Below the pieces are notes generated by a model. That model searched no databases, was not told the origin of the DNA, and worked only from the letters and a program-made list of their open reading frames with translations. A DNA stretch of 20,000 nucleotides from Candidatus Woesearchaeota archaeon CG1_02_57_44. Its GTDB lineage: Archaea > Nanobdellota > Nanobdellia > Woesearchaeales > CG1-02-57-44. How positions within the stretch are numbered: the first letter of the stretch is position 1; every line of letters starts with the position of its first letter. This document shows, one piece after another, positions 7,422 through 17,182 of the stretch. The stretch lies in contig MNWW01000058.1 in assembly GCA_001871415.1 (NCBI GenBank), positions 110,483 through 130,482 of the forward strand, read 5' to 3'. Made by a program: the position numbers and the translations under genes.

Positions 7422-8336
7422 CTACCTTACGGGCGCAAGCCATGTCGCGTGCTCCGCGTCCTCGCCCGCGATGACCTTGCTGAAGGCTGCCTGCAGTTGC
7501 TTGGTCACCGGGCCGGGCTTGCCGGTCCCGATGGTCCTGCCATCGACCTCGCGAACAGGAGTCAATTCTGCCGCAGTCCCTGTCAGGAACATCTCATCAG
7601 CGAGATACACATCGTCGCGGGTCAGGCGCGCCTCTGCGGTCGGTATGCCATGCTCCTTTGCCAGGACCATGACCGATTGGCGCGTGATGCCAGGCAAAAA
7701 GCTCGTGAACACAGGCGTTGTCAATATGCCATCGCGTACGATGAAGATATTCTCACCCGACCCCTCCGCAACATAGCCGTCCACGTCGAGCACCATGGCC
7801 TCATCATATCCGTTGCTCACGGCTTCGTGCTTGGCGAGCACGCTGTTGACATAGGCGCCGCAGACCTTCGCGCGGGTCATATTGATGTTGACGTGATGTC
7901 GCGTGAAGCTGGAGGTCTTGACGCGGATGCCATTGGCGACGCCATCTTCGCCAAGATATGTTCCCCATTCCCATGCGGCTATGGCGACGTTGACCGTGCA
8001 GCCGACCGGGTTCAGGCCCATCTGTCCGTAGCCAAGATATATGATTGGTCTGATGTAGGCGGAGGGTAATTTATTCTTGGTGATGATGTCCCTGCATGCC
8101 TGTGTTATCATTTCTTTGCTGAACGGTACCTTGATCCCAAGGATGTGCGCTGAGCCGAAGAGTCTATCGACGTGCTCCTTGAGGCGAAAGACAGCTGGGC
8201 CCTGCTTTGTCGCATAGCAGCGGATGCCCTCAAAGACGCCGGTGCCATAATGGAGCGCGTGGGTGAGCACATGCACCTGCGCGTCCTTCCATGCGACAAG
8301 CTCGCCGTCCATCCAGATGAACTTGGATTCCTTCAT
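7422..8336 (-). CDS. ilvE: Branched-chain amino acid aminotransferase
   Basis: [65 protein letters not shown] class IV aminotransferase of the IlvE type. Confidence 0.97.
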   Translation of the reverse strand: MKESKFIWMDGELVAWKDAQVHVLTHALHYGTGVFEGIRCYATKQGPAVFRLKEHVDRLFGSAHILGIKVPFSKEMITQACRDIITKNKLPSAYIRPIIYLGYGQMGLNPVGCTVNVAIAAWEWGTYLGEDGVANGIRVKTSSFTRHHVNINMTRAKVCGAYVNSVLAKHEAVSNGYDEAMVLDVDGYVAEGSGENIFIVRDGILTTPVFTSFLPGITRQSVMVLAKEHGIPTAEARLTRDDVYLADEMFLTGTAAELTPVREVDGRTIGTGKPGPVTKQLQAAFSKVIAGEDAEHATWLAPVR

Positions 8337-8359
8337 GGGGCGAGGTGAGCAGGATGATG

Positions 8360-8424
8360 ATTATAAATGTTTGGCGGGCGTGAAAACCTCCCGGATGGGT
8401 CTTCTTCAGCATAACCTTTAAATA
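8360..8424. promoter_or_regulatory. Back-to-back TATA boxes for ilvE (-) and the leader-leuA transcript (+)
   Basis: TTTATAAT on the - strand (8367-8360) is 23 nt before the ilvE ATG. TTTAAATA (8417-8424) is 23 nt before ATG 8448. Confidence 0.75.
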
Positions 8425-8447
8425 TCGCCTCCCATTCTTTGTTGCAC

Positions 8448-8522
8448 ATGCACGACAACCATTCCATCACGGGCTCTGCCATTATCGGTAAGAGCGTCCT
8501 TCTGCTCGTGCTAGTCCTATAG
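8448..8522 (+). CDS. Putative BCAA leader peptide (MHDNHSITGSAIIGKSVLLLVLVL)
   Basis: The ATG sits at the predicted transcription start. The last 8 codons are GTC CTT CTG CTC GTG CTA GTC CTA, all Val or Leu, and there are 3 Ile codons. It ends 53 nt before leuA. Confidence 0.8.
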   Translation: MHDNHSITGSAIIGKSVLLLVLVL

Positions 8523-8539
8523 CCCGGGCAATCCTGGGC
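8522..8539 (+). promoter_or_regulatory. GC-rich hairpin at the leader stop codon
   Basis: GCCCGGG-CAAT-CCTGGGC forms 7 bp with one G-U pair. No U-tract follows. Confidence 0.6.
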
Positions 8540-8575
8540 CAGTGCATTGTCTTGAACCTTACAGGGGGTACTACC

Positions 8576-10135
8576 ATGAATACGGTAAGAATCTTTGACA
8601 CAACACTTCGGGACGGAGAGCAGACACCGGGCGTCTCATTCACGCTGCAGGAGAAGCTTATGATAGCGAAGCAGCTTGAGCGCCTCGGCGTCGATATCAT
8701 CGAGGCAGGTTTTCCCATCGCGAGCAAGGGGAGCTTTGATGCTGTCCATCTCATAGCCAAGGAAGTCCGCAAGCCGGTCATCTGCGGGCTCGCGAGGACG
8801 GTCGACAAGGATATCAAGGCTGCGGCCGAGGCGCTCAAGGGCGCTGAGCGCGCAAGGATACACACATTCATCGCGACCAGCGACATTCATCGCGACCACA
8901 AGCTCAAGAAGACCAAGGAGCAGGTGGCGCAGATGGCGCGCGACGCGGTCAAGCTTGCCCGGACGTTCACGGATGATGTGGAGTTCTCGCCTGAGGACGC
9001 CAGCCGGACAGACCTCGACTATATGTGCGCGGTGGTCGAGGAAGCGGTCGCGGCGGGTGCCACGACCATCAACATCCCTGACACGGTCGGCTACGCACAG
9101 CCGCAGGAATATGAAGAGCGCATCCGCTATGTCCAGGAGAAGGTGCCCAACATCAAGGGACTTGCCATCAGCACGCACTGCCACGACGACCTTGGCCTGA
9201 GCGTCGCCAATTCGCTCGCCGCGGTCAAGGCAGGGGCGACGCAGGTGGAATGCACCATCAATGGCATCGGCGAGCGCGCTGGCAACACGTCCATGGAAGA
9301 GGTGGTGATGGCCATCAGGATGCGCGGGGCATACTACAGCGCCACGACCAACATCAACACCCGCGAGCTGTTTCGCACCAGCCAGATGGTCGCGCGCTTC
9401 AGCGGCATCACGCCACAGCGCAACAAGGCCATCGTGGGCGCGAACGCGTTCGCGCACCAGGCTGGCATCCACCAGCACGGGGTCATCAGCAACAAGCGCA
9501 CCTATGAGATCATGGACGCCGAAGACGTCGGCTGGGAAGGAGAGAACCTTGTCATCGGAAAGCTCTCGGGCAAGCACGCCATCAAGGAGGCACTGACCGA
9601 AGCGGGTTTTGAGCTCACGGAGGATCAGCTGCTCAGCGTCACGGAGAAGGTCAAGGACCTTGGCGATAAGCAGAAGAGCATCCATCGCGATGATGTGGTC
9701 GCTATCGCCATCGATGTCCTGTCCGCCCTGAGCCCGAAGGAGGATCGCATCAAGCTTGATGAGCTCAGTGTCTTCACGGGCAATCGGGTCACGCCGAGCA
9801 GCACGGTCGGTGTCAGCATCGACGGCCAGCGTCACATCGGCTCTGCCACCGGCGTCGGTCCGGTGGATGCTGCCGCAAAAGCCTTAAAGAGCGTCATCGG
9901 CCCGGGCTTTTTGCTCAAGGAATACAACCTGAAGGCCATCACGGGCGGTACCGATGCGCTGGCGAATGTGGCCATCAAGATGGAGGATGAGGAGCATAAT
10001 GTCTTCACCTCCGAGGCGGTCGATGAAGATGTCATCATGGCGAGCGTGAAAGCAATGATCAAGGGCGCCAACAAGGCGTACCACTTCAAGACACAGCAGG
10101 ATTTGCGACAAGGTGAGCGACATGAAAGGAAGTGA
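8576..10135 (+). CDS. leuA: 2-isopropylmalate synthase, 519 aa
   Basis: IFDTTLRDGEQ, EAGFP, EFSPEDASRTD, NIPDTVG, HCHDDLG, GERAGN, PQRNKAIVG.NAFAH..GIHQ.G, and a C-terminal regulatory domain (G.GPVDA). ATG 8576 follows a GGGGGT SD. A citramalate synthase paralog is not strictly excluded. Confidence 0.9.
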   Translation: MNTVRIFDTTLRDGEQTPGVSFTLQEKLMIAKQLERLGVDIIEAGFPIASKGSFDAVHLIAKEVRKPVICGLARTVDKDIKAAAEALKGAERARIHTFIATSDIHRDHKLKKTKEQVAQMARDAVKLARTFTDDVEFSPEDASRTDLDYMCAVVEEAVAAGATTINIPDTVGYAQPQEYEERIRYVQEKVPNIKGLAISTHCHDDLGLSVANSLAAVKAGATQVECTINGIGERAGNTSMEEVVMAIRMRGAYYSATTNINTRELFRTSQMVARFSGITPQRNKAIVGANAFAHQAGIHQHGVISNKRTYEIMDAEDVGWEGENLVIGKLSGKHAIKEALTEAGFELTEDQLLSVTEKVKDLGDKQKSIHRDDVVAIAIDVLSALSPKEDRIKLDELSVFTGNRVTPSSTVGVSIDGQRHIGSATGVGPVDAAAKALKSVIGPGFLLKEYNLKAITGGTDALANVAIKMEDEEHNVFTSEAVDEDVIMASVKAMIKGANKAYHFKTQQDLRQGERHERK

Positions 10136-11852
10136 GGTCATCGTCAAGTGCCTGCAGCAGCAGGGCGTGCAGGACATCTTCGGCATCACCGGAGGCGCGG
10201 TCATACCGCTCTATGATGCCCTCTACGACCATCAAGATACCATCCGCAACATCATCTGCCGTCATGAGCAGGGGGCGGCGCACATGGCGGCCGGCTTCGC
10301 GCGCGCCAGCGGCAAGCCCGGTGTGTGCGTCGGCACGTCAGGGCCCGGAGGCAGCAACATGATTACGGGCATCATGGACGCGTTCATGGACTCGACGCCG
10401 ATGGTCGCGATGGCGGGGCAGGTGCCGGTCTCTTTCATCGGCAAGGACGCGTTTCAGGAGACGGACATGATAGGGCTCACCATGCCCATCACCAAGCATA
10501 ACTTCCAGGTCCGGGATCCTGAGAAGCTTGCTGAGACACTGGTCAAGGCATTCAAGCTGTCCACAGAAGGGAGGCCGGGGCCCATCTACATCGACCTTCC
10601 CAAGGACGTGCAGAACGCCACGGTCAAGGGTAGCATCCCAAAGGATGTCACCATCCCATCGTATCGGCCGCGTGTCAAGCCAAACCTGTACCAGATCAAG
10701 AAAGCCGTGACCGCGTTGCTCAAGGCAGAGCGCCCGCTCATCATCGCGGGCGGCGGATGCATCATCGCGGGCGCCAAGGACGCGCTCGCAGCGTTCGTCA
10801 ATGCCTCGCACATCCCAGTCAATACCACGACCATGGGAAAAGGCATCTTCAATGAGGCGCATCCGCTGGCGCTCGGTGTCATGGGCATGCATGGCACAGA
10901 GGAAGCCAACTACGCAGCGGTCCACACGGATTGCATGCTTGCCATCGGTTGTCGGTTCTCTGATCGCATCACGGGCGATACCAGCTTGTTCGCGCAGGGC
11001 GCTATTGTCATCCACGCGGACATCGACCCCAGCGAGATAGGCAAGAACGTGCGCGTCGACATCCCGGTTGTGGGGGACGCGGCAGAGACCATCAAGCTGC
11101 TCACGCAGGTCTTCCTTGAGGAGAAAGGCAAGGATAAACACAAAGGCTCCGCATGGGTCAAGGCGCTCGAAGAGCTTCGCCAGATAGGCGAGAGCCATAA
11201 GGCGCGCGATGTCAAGGGCATGACGCAATCAAACATGATAACGCAGCTGGGCAGGTTCCTCAAGCAGGAGGATATCGTCACCACGGGCGTCGGCCAGCAT
11301 CAGATGTTCGGAGAGCACTACCTGCGGCGCACCCTGCCGCGCACCTGGATAACTTCGGGCGGCGCGGGCACTATGGGCTACGGCCTGCCAGCGGCGATCG
11401 GCGCCAAAGTGGCGGTTCCTGACCGGGAGGTCTATGACCTTGATGGTGATGGCAGTTTCCAGATGACCAGCCAGGAACTCGCGACTGCCAAGCAGTTCGG
11501 CATCAAGGTGACGCCGGTCCTCATGAACAACCAGTACCTTGGCATGGTCAAGCAGTGGCTCGACCTGTTCCAGGAGAGGCGGCATTCAGGCATCCACTTC
11601 AGCGTTAACCCTGACTTCGTCAAGCTGGCTGAGGCGTATCATCTGTCCGGCATCTCTGTCACACGGGAATCAGAGCTGGTCCCCGCGCTGCAGCAGGCGC
11701 GCAAGGCCGATGAGACCGTGCTTATCGATGTGCACGTCGACCCGGAGGATAATATCTTCCCCATGCTGCCGCCTGGCAAAGGGCTGCAGCACATCATCGG
11801 CGGCAAGGCCTACTTCACCAAGACCTGGGACGAGGTCCGGCAGGGCAAGTAG
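10122..11852 (+). CDS. ilvB: Acetolactate synthase large (catalytic) subunit, 576 aa
   Basis: RHEQGAAHMA, TSGPG, DAFQE, GRPGP, GMHG, RFSDR, TGVGQHQM, GTMGYGLPAAIGA, and the ThDP motif GDGSFQM...NN. ATG 10122 follows AGGTGA. Confidence 0.96.
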   Translation: MKGSEVIVKCLQQQGVQDIFGITGGAVIPLYDALYDHQDTIRNIICRHEQGAAHMAAGFARASGKPGVCVGTSGPGGSNMITGIMDAFMDSTPMVAMAGQVPVSFIGKDAFQETDMIGLTMPITKHNFQVRDPEKLAETLVKAFKLSTEGRPGPIYIDLPKDVQNATVKGSIPKDVTIPSYRPRVKPNLYQIKKAVTALLKAERPLIIAGGGCIIAGAKDALAAFVNASHIPVNTTTMGKGIFNEAHPLALGVMGMHGTEEANYAAVHTDCMLAIGCRFSDRITGDTSLFAQGAIVIHADIDPSEIGKNVRVDIPVVGDAAETIKLLTQVFLEEKGKDKHKGSAWVKALEELRQIGESHKARDVKGMTQSNMITQLGRFLKQEDIVTTGVGQHQMFGEHYLRRTLPRTWITSGGAGTMGYGLPAAIGAKVAVPDREVYDLDGDGSFQMTSQELATAKQFGIKVTPVLMNNQYLGMVKQWLDLFQERRHSGIHFSVNPDFVKLAEAYHLSGISVTRESELVPALQQARKADETVLIDVHVDPEDNIFPMLPPGKGLQHIIGGKAYFTKTWDEVRQGK

Positions 11853-11991
11853 CAACCACCCTGCAGCACATACGGTGCCCCTGGTGGAACGTCGGGACTG
11901 GCAGAAGAATCCCTTCGCAGCGGGGCAAGGGCGCAGGGCGACGCGTTGCGGAAATGCGTCCGACAATACCATAAACAATAAAACAGGATTC

Positions 11992-12019
11992 AATCCCACA
12001 ACACGAATCCCACAGCACG
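11992..12019. repeat. 14-bp tandem repeat with one mismatch, ending at the ilvN SD
   Basis: AATCCCACAACACG followed by AATCCCACAGCACG. Confidence 0.8.
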
Positions 12020-12030
12020 AGGCGATACCT

Positions 12031-12660
12031 ATGTACAGCGACAAGAAAGAATGGCACCCATCACACAGGCATGTCATCAGCCTGATGGTGGTCGATGAGC
12101 CAGGAGTGCTCACCCGCATCAGCAACATGTTCTTCAAGCGCAACTTCAACATCGACACTCTGACCGTCAGTCCCAGCATCATCAATGGGCAAAGCCGCAT
12201 CACGCTGAGCTTCTTTGGCGACGATTCAGTCTATGAGCAGCTCATCAAGCAGCTCAACAAGCTCATCGACGTCATCAAGGTATCAGACTTGCCCAAGGGC
12301 GATACGGTCATCAGGGATTTGTGCCTGGTGCGCGTCACGGCCAAGGACGCGGCCACGCAGAACCAGCTCATCAACTACTGCCGCTTCTATCGCGCGCGCA
12401 TCGTCGATGCCACGCATGATGATCTCATGGTCGAGATGGTGGGCAAGCCCGAGAAGATAGACGCGTTCCTCGAGCTTGTAGGGCCCTTGGGCATCAAGGA
12501 GGTATCGCGCACAGGCGTCACGGCGCTCGCCCGCGGCAATGGGGTGAAAGGCAATGGGATGAGGGGGAATGGCGTGAAGGGCAACGGCAGCGTGAGCGGC
12601 GCCTCCACGAGCGCGGGCAGCAAGACCGCAGGCTCTCCTGATGGAGGGGATGTGCGATGA
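12031..12660 (+). CDS. ilvN: Acetolactate synthase small regulatory subunit, 209 aa
   Basis: ACT domain [17 protein letters not shown]...[34 protein letters not shown] 12031 follows GAGGCGA. The 11539 start in the ORF track is over-extended. Confidence 0.93.
   Translation: MYSDKKEWHPSHRHVISLMVVDEPGVLTRISNMFFKRNFNIDTLTVSPSIINGQSRITLSFFGDDSVYEQLIKQLNKLIDVIKVSDLPKGDTVIRDLCLVRVTAKDAATQNQLINYCRFYRARIVDATHDDLMVEMVGKPEKIDAFLELVGPLGIKEVSRTGVTALARGNGVKGNGMRGNGVKGNGSVSGASTSAGSKTAGSPDGGDVR
12535..12588 (+). repeat. Degenerate 15-bp in-frame tandem repeat ([18 protein letters not shown]) in the IlvN tail
   Basis: GGCAATGGGGTGAAA / GGCAATGGGATGAGG / GGGAATGGCGTGAAG / GGCAACGGC. Confidence 0.8.
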
Positions 12661-14099
12661 CCAAGCACGCTGGCAAGACGCTCTATGACAAGATCTTTGA
12701 CCTGCATACCGTGAGGCAGCTGCCTACTGGTCAATATCAGCTCTTCATCGGCCTGCACCTGGTGCATGAGGTGACCAGCCCCCAAGCATTCGCGATGCTC
12801 CGGGAACGTGGACTGAAGGTGGCTTATCCAGAGCGCACGTTCGCGACCGTGGATCACATTGTCCCCACGCACGACCAGAAACGCCCCTACCAGGATGCGC
12901 AGGCAGAGAAGATGATAGCGGCAATGGAATCGAACGCGAAGGAGTTCTGCTTCATGCTCTACAATACGCAGAGCGGCAAGCAGGGCGTGGTGCACATCAT
13001 CGGTCCCGAGCTTGGCCTGACGCAGCCAGGCATGACCATCGCATGCGGCGACTCGCACACCAGCACGCACGGCGCGTTCGGCGCCCTCGCGTTCGGCATC
13101 GGCACCAGCCAGGTCCGGGATGTGCTGGCCACGCAGACGCTCGCCATCAACAGGCTCAAGGTCAGGCGCATCAATGTGACAGGCAGCCTGAAGCCAGGTG
13201 TCTACGCAAAGGATGTCGTGCTCGCCATCATCCGCAAGCTGGGCGTGAAAGGCGGCATCGGTTATGCCTATGAATACGGAGGCAGTGCCATTGAAGCACT
13301 GAGCATGGAAGGCAGGATGACGCTGTGCAACATGACAATAGAAGGGGGTGCTCTGTGCGGTTATGTCAATCCTGACAAGACGACGTTCAGCTACCTGCAG
13401 GGCCGCGAGTTCGCGCCTGGTCTTGACGCATGGGATCGCGCGGTCGCGTTCTGGAGCAGCATGGCATCGGACGCTGACGCGGTCTATGATGATGTGGTGG
13501 AAATAGACGGTTCAGTGCTCTCGCCCATGGTCACCTGGGGCATCAATCCCGGACAGGCCATAGGCATCGACGAGAACGTGCCTGACCCTGCCAGCATGAT
13601 CGCTGATGAGGCGCAAGTGGCATCGCGGGCATTGGCGCACATGGGACTTGTTGCGGGACAGCCAATCACGGGAACACCGGTGGATGTGGTCTTCATCGGC
13701 AGCTGCACCAATGGCAGGCTGTCTGACCTGCGCGAGGCGGCCAGGATAGCGAAGGGGAAGAGGGTGCACGCGGGCGTGAAAGCGCTCGTCGTCCCTGGCA
13801 GCCAGCAGGTCAAGAAGACGGCGGAAGCAGAAGGCCTCGACAAGATCTTCACTACGGCGGGCTTCGAGTGGCGCAGCGCTGGGTGCAGCATGTGCCTTGC
13901 GATGAACCCAGACAAGCTGCAGGGCAACCAGCTTTCGGCGAGCAGCAGCAACCGCAACTTCATCGGCAGGCAGGGCAGCCCCACGGGCAGGACACTGCTC
14001 ATGAGCCCTGCCATGTGCGCGGCCGCGGCGATCGCAGGAAAGGTCGTGGATGTGCGGGCGGTCGATGTGCGTGCGGCAGCTGCGCTGGAGGTGAGGTGA
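12657..14099 (+). CDS. leuC: 3-isopropylmalate dehydratase large subunit
   Basis: [55 protein letters not shown] overlap with ilvN. Confidence 0.97.
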   Translation: MTKHAGKTLYDKIFDLHTVRQLPTGQYQLFIGLHLVHEVTSPQAFAMLRERGLKVAYPERTFATVDHIVPTHDQKRPYQDAQAEKMIAAMESNAKEFCFMLYNTQSGKQGVVHIIGPELGLTQPGMTIACGDSHTSTHGAFGALAFGIGTSQVRDVLATQTLAINRLKVRRINVTGSLKPGVYAKDVVLAIIRKLGVKGGIGYAYEYGGSAIEALSMEGRMTLCNMTIEGGALCGYVNPDKTTFSYLQGREFAPGLDAWDRAVAFWSSMASDADAVYDDVVEIDGSVLSPMVTWGINPGQAIGIDENVPDPASMIADEAQVASRALAHMGLVAGQPITGTPVDVVFIGSCTNGRLSDLREAARIAKGKRVHAGVKALVVPGSQQVKKTAEAEGLDKIFTTAGFEWRSAGCSMCLAMNPDKLQGNQLSASSSNRNFIGRQGSPTGRTLLMSPAMCAAAAIAGKVVDVRAVDVRAAAALEVR

Positions 14100-14759
14100 A
14101 TGGCGAAGCATATCATCGAGGTGTCTGGCAGAGGGGTCGTGGTCAGGGGCAATGACATCGACACAGACCGCATCATCCCTGCGCGCTACATGAAGGAGAT
14201 AACCTTCGACCATATGGGCGAGTACGCGTTCTATGATGAGCGCTTTACGCAGGAATTGGGTCGGGATGGCAAGCCGCAGCAGAAGGCGCATCCCTTCAAT
14301 GACGTACGCTTCCGGGGTGCGTCCATCCTGCTCGTCAACAAGAACTTCGGCTGCGGCAGCTCGCGCGAGCACGCTCCCCAGGCGCTCATGCGCTGGGGCA
14401 TCACCGCGATAGTTGGCGAGAGCTTCGCTGCCATCTTCGCGGGCAACTGCACCATGCTGGGCATACCGACCCTGACAGTATCGTCGCAGGAAATCGAGGA
14501 GCTGATGCAGCAGGTAGAGGCGCATCCGCAGGAACAGCTGGTGCTGGACATCGCGGCAGTCCGGATCGCCGCGGGCAACCTGCGGGGGGAGGCGTCCATG
14601 CCTGAATCCATCAGGAAGGCACTTACCGAAGGCACCTGGGATTCGACATCGCTGTTGCTGGACGGCAAGGACGCCATAGCGGCGCTGGCGAAGCGATTGC
14701 CGTACCTTAACACCTTCCGCGGAGGGTCGCAGGGCACAGGCGACGTCGGGAGAGCGTAG
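14100..14759 (+). CDS. leuD: 3-isopropylmalate dehydratase small subunit
   Basis: DIDTDRIIPARY, NFGCGSSREHAPQAL, SFA.IF..N. Abuts leuC, with a GGAGGTGA SD. Confidence 0.97.
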   Translation: MAKHIIEVSGRGVVVRGNDIDTDRIIPARYMKEITFDHMGEYAFYDERFTQELGRDGKPQQKAHPFNDVRFRGASILLVNKNFGCGSSREHAPQALMRWGITAIVGESFAAIFAGNCTMLGIPTLTVSSQEIEELMQQVEAHPQEQLVLDIAAVRIAAGNLRGEASMPESIRKALTEGTWDSTSLLLDGKDAIAALAKRLPYLNTFRGGSQGTGDVGRA

Positions 14760-14807
14760 GGCATTCACGTATGTGACGAGCATTCCTGCACATAACGAGA
14801 ACCATAA

Positions 14808-15923
<1,116 letters not shown>

Positions 15924-15977
15924 GATTGTCGCATGCGATGGAATGATGTGCGCGGTGGATGGTTATCCCGCGACAAA

Positions 15978-16040
15978 CATAAATAGGAGAGGGTTATCGG
16001 AAGCACCATGATTGGGGCCGCAAGGGCCCCGACGCGTTGA
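15978..16040 (+). promoter_or_regulatory. Putative internal ilvC promoter and 5' leader with hairpin
   Basis: CATAAATA at 15978-15985. ATG 16008 lies 22 nt later and opens a 10-codon ORF (MIGAARAPTR). Hairpin GGGGCC-GCAAG-GGCCCC at 16014-16030. Confidence 0.5.
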
Positions 16041-16072
16041 TACAGACTTTCAATACACCATAGGTGAATACC

Positions 16073-17119
16073 ATGAAACCAATCAAGGATCCGAACGGAA
16101 AAGTCATCGCTGAACTGCTGCAGGACGAAGACGTGACGTCATCGCTTTCTGGCAAGAAGCTCGCGGTCATCGGCTATGCCTCCCAGGGACGAGGACAGAG
16201 CCTCTGCTATCGCGACAGCGGCGTCGACGTGATTGTCGGTCTGCGCAAAGGCGGCGCGAGCTGGGCCCGTGCGCTAGAAGACGGCTGGGCGCCAGGCACG
16301 ACGCTGATGGAGATACCTGACGCGGTCAAGGCGGCTGACATCGTGCTGCTGCTCATCGCGGACACAGCGCAGCCAGAAGTCTATGCCAAGAGCATCGCGC
16401 CATCGCTTTCTGCTGGTAAGATGCTGGTGTTCTCGCATGGCTTCAATATCCATTTCAAAGGGATTGCGGCGCCCAAGGATGTGGACGTCGCCATGATCGC
16501 TCCTAAAGGCCCTGGCTTCGTGGTGCGCCAGGAATACGAGAAGGGTTTCGGTGTGCCCGCGCTCGTCGCTGTGCATCAGGACGCGTCGGGTTCTGCATGG
16601 GATCTTATCCTGGCCATGGCAAAGGCCATTGGCGCGACAAAGCCAGGCGTCCTGAAGACCACGTTCAAGGACGAAGTCGAGAGCGACCTGTTCGGTGAGC
16701 AGGTGGACCTCTGCGGCGGCGTCGTGGAGATGGTCAAGCACGCGTATGAGACGCTCATCGAGGCCGGCTACAATCCTGCGCTCGCGTACTGGGAAGTGCA
16801 CCATGAATTGTACGGGCTTATCGCGCCGCTCGCCTACCAGTACGGCAACTATGGTATGCTCTCACGCGTGTCATTGACCGCGCGTAAAGGTGCGGTTGTC
16901 TCGGGTCCAAGGGTCATGACCGCTGATGTCAAAGAGCGCATGAAGGAATGTTTGGTGGACATCCAGTCGGGCAAGTTCGCCAAGGACTGGATGGCTGAAT
17001 ACAAAGAGCACGGGTACGCCAAGCTGAACGCGGAGCTTGACATGCTGAAAGCGCATCAACTGGAAGTCGTAGGCAAGCAGGTACGGCGCATCATGTGGCC
17101 CAAGAAAGACGTGGAGTGA
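16073..17119 (+). CDS. ilvC: Ketol-acid reductoisomerase (class I), 348 aa
   Basis: AVIGYASQG, VIVGLR...S, FSHGFNIHF, DV.MIAPKGPG..VR..Y..G.GVP, SDLFGEQ..LCGG, I.SG.FA. ATG 16073 follows AGGTGA. Confidence 0.95.
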   Translation: MKPIKDPNGKVIAELLQDEDVTSSLSGKKLAVIGYASQGRGQSLCYRDSGVDVIVGLRKGGASWARALEDGWAPGTTLMEIPDAVKAADIVLLLIADTAQPEVYAKSIAPSLSAGKMLVFSHGFNIHFKGIAAPKDVDVAMIAPKGPGFVVRQEYEKGFGVPALVAVHQDASGSAWDLILAMAKAIGATKPGVLKTTFKDEVESDLFGEQVDLCGGVVEMVKHAYETLIEAGYNPALAYWEVHHELYGLIAPLAYQYGNYGMLSRVSLTARKGAVVSGPRVMTADVKERMKECLVDIQSGKFAKDWMAEYKEHGYAKLNAELDMLKAHQLEVVGKQVRRIMWPKKDVE

Positions 17120-17182
17120 GCGGGGGCGACATTGTTTGTGGGGCTGGACGACGCTGCGCCAGTCAGGGTTCTCCTCAAGCTC

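Noticed and set aside
8522..8560. Intrinsic (Rho-independent) terminator or T-box riboswitch in the leuA leader
   Set aside because: The hairpin has no U-tract, I saw no T-box consensus, and the leader is too short for a T-box.
11539..12030. Apparent 164-aa N-terminal extension of IlvN
   Set aside because: It overlaps ilvB out of frame. Recognisable IlvN sequence and an SD both point to ATG 12031.
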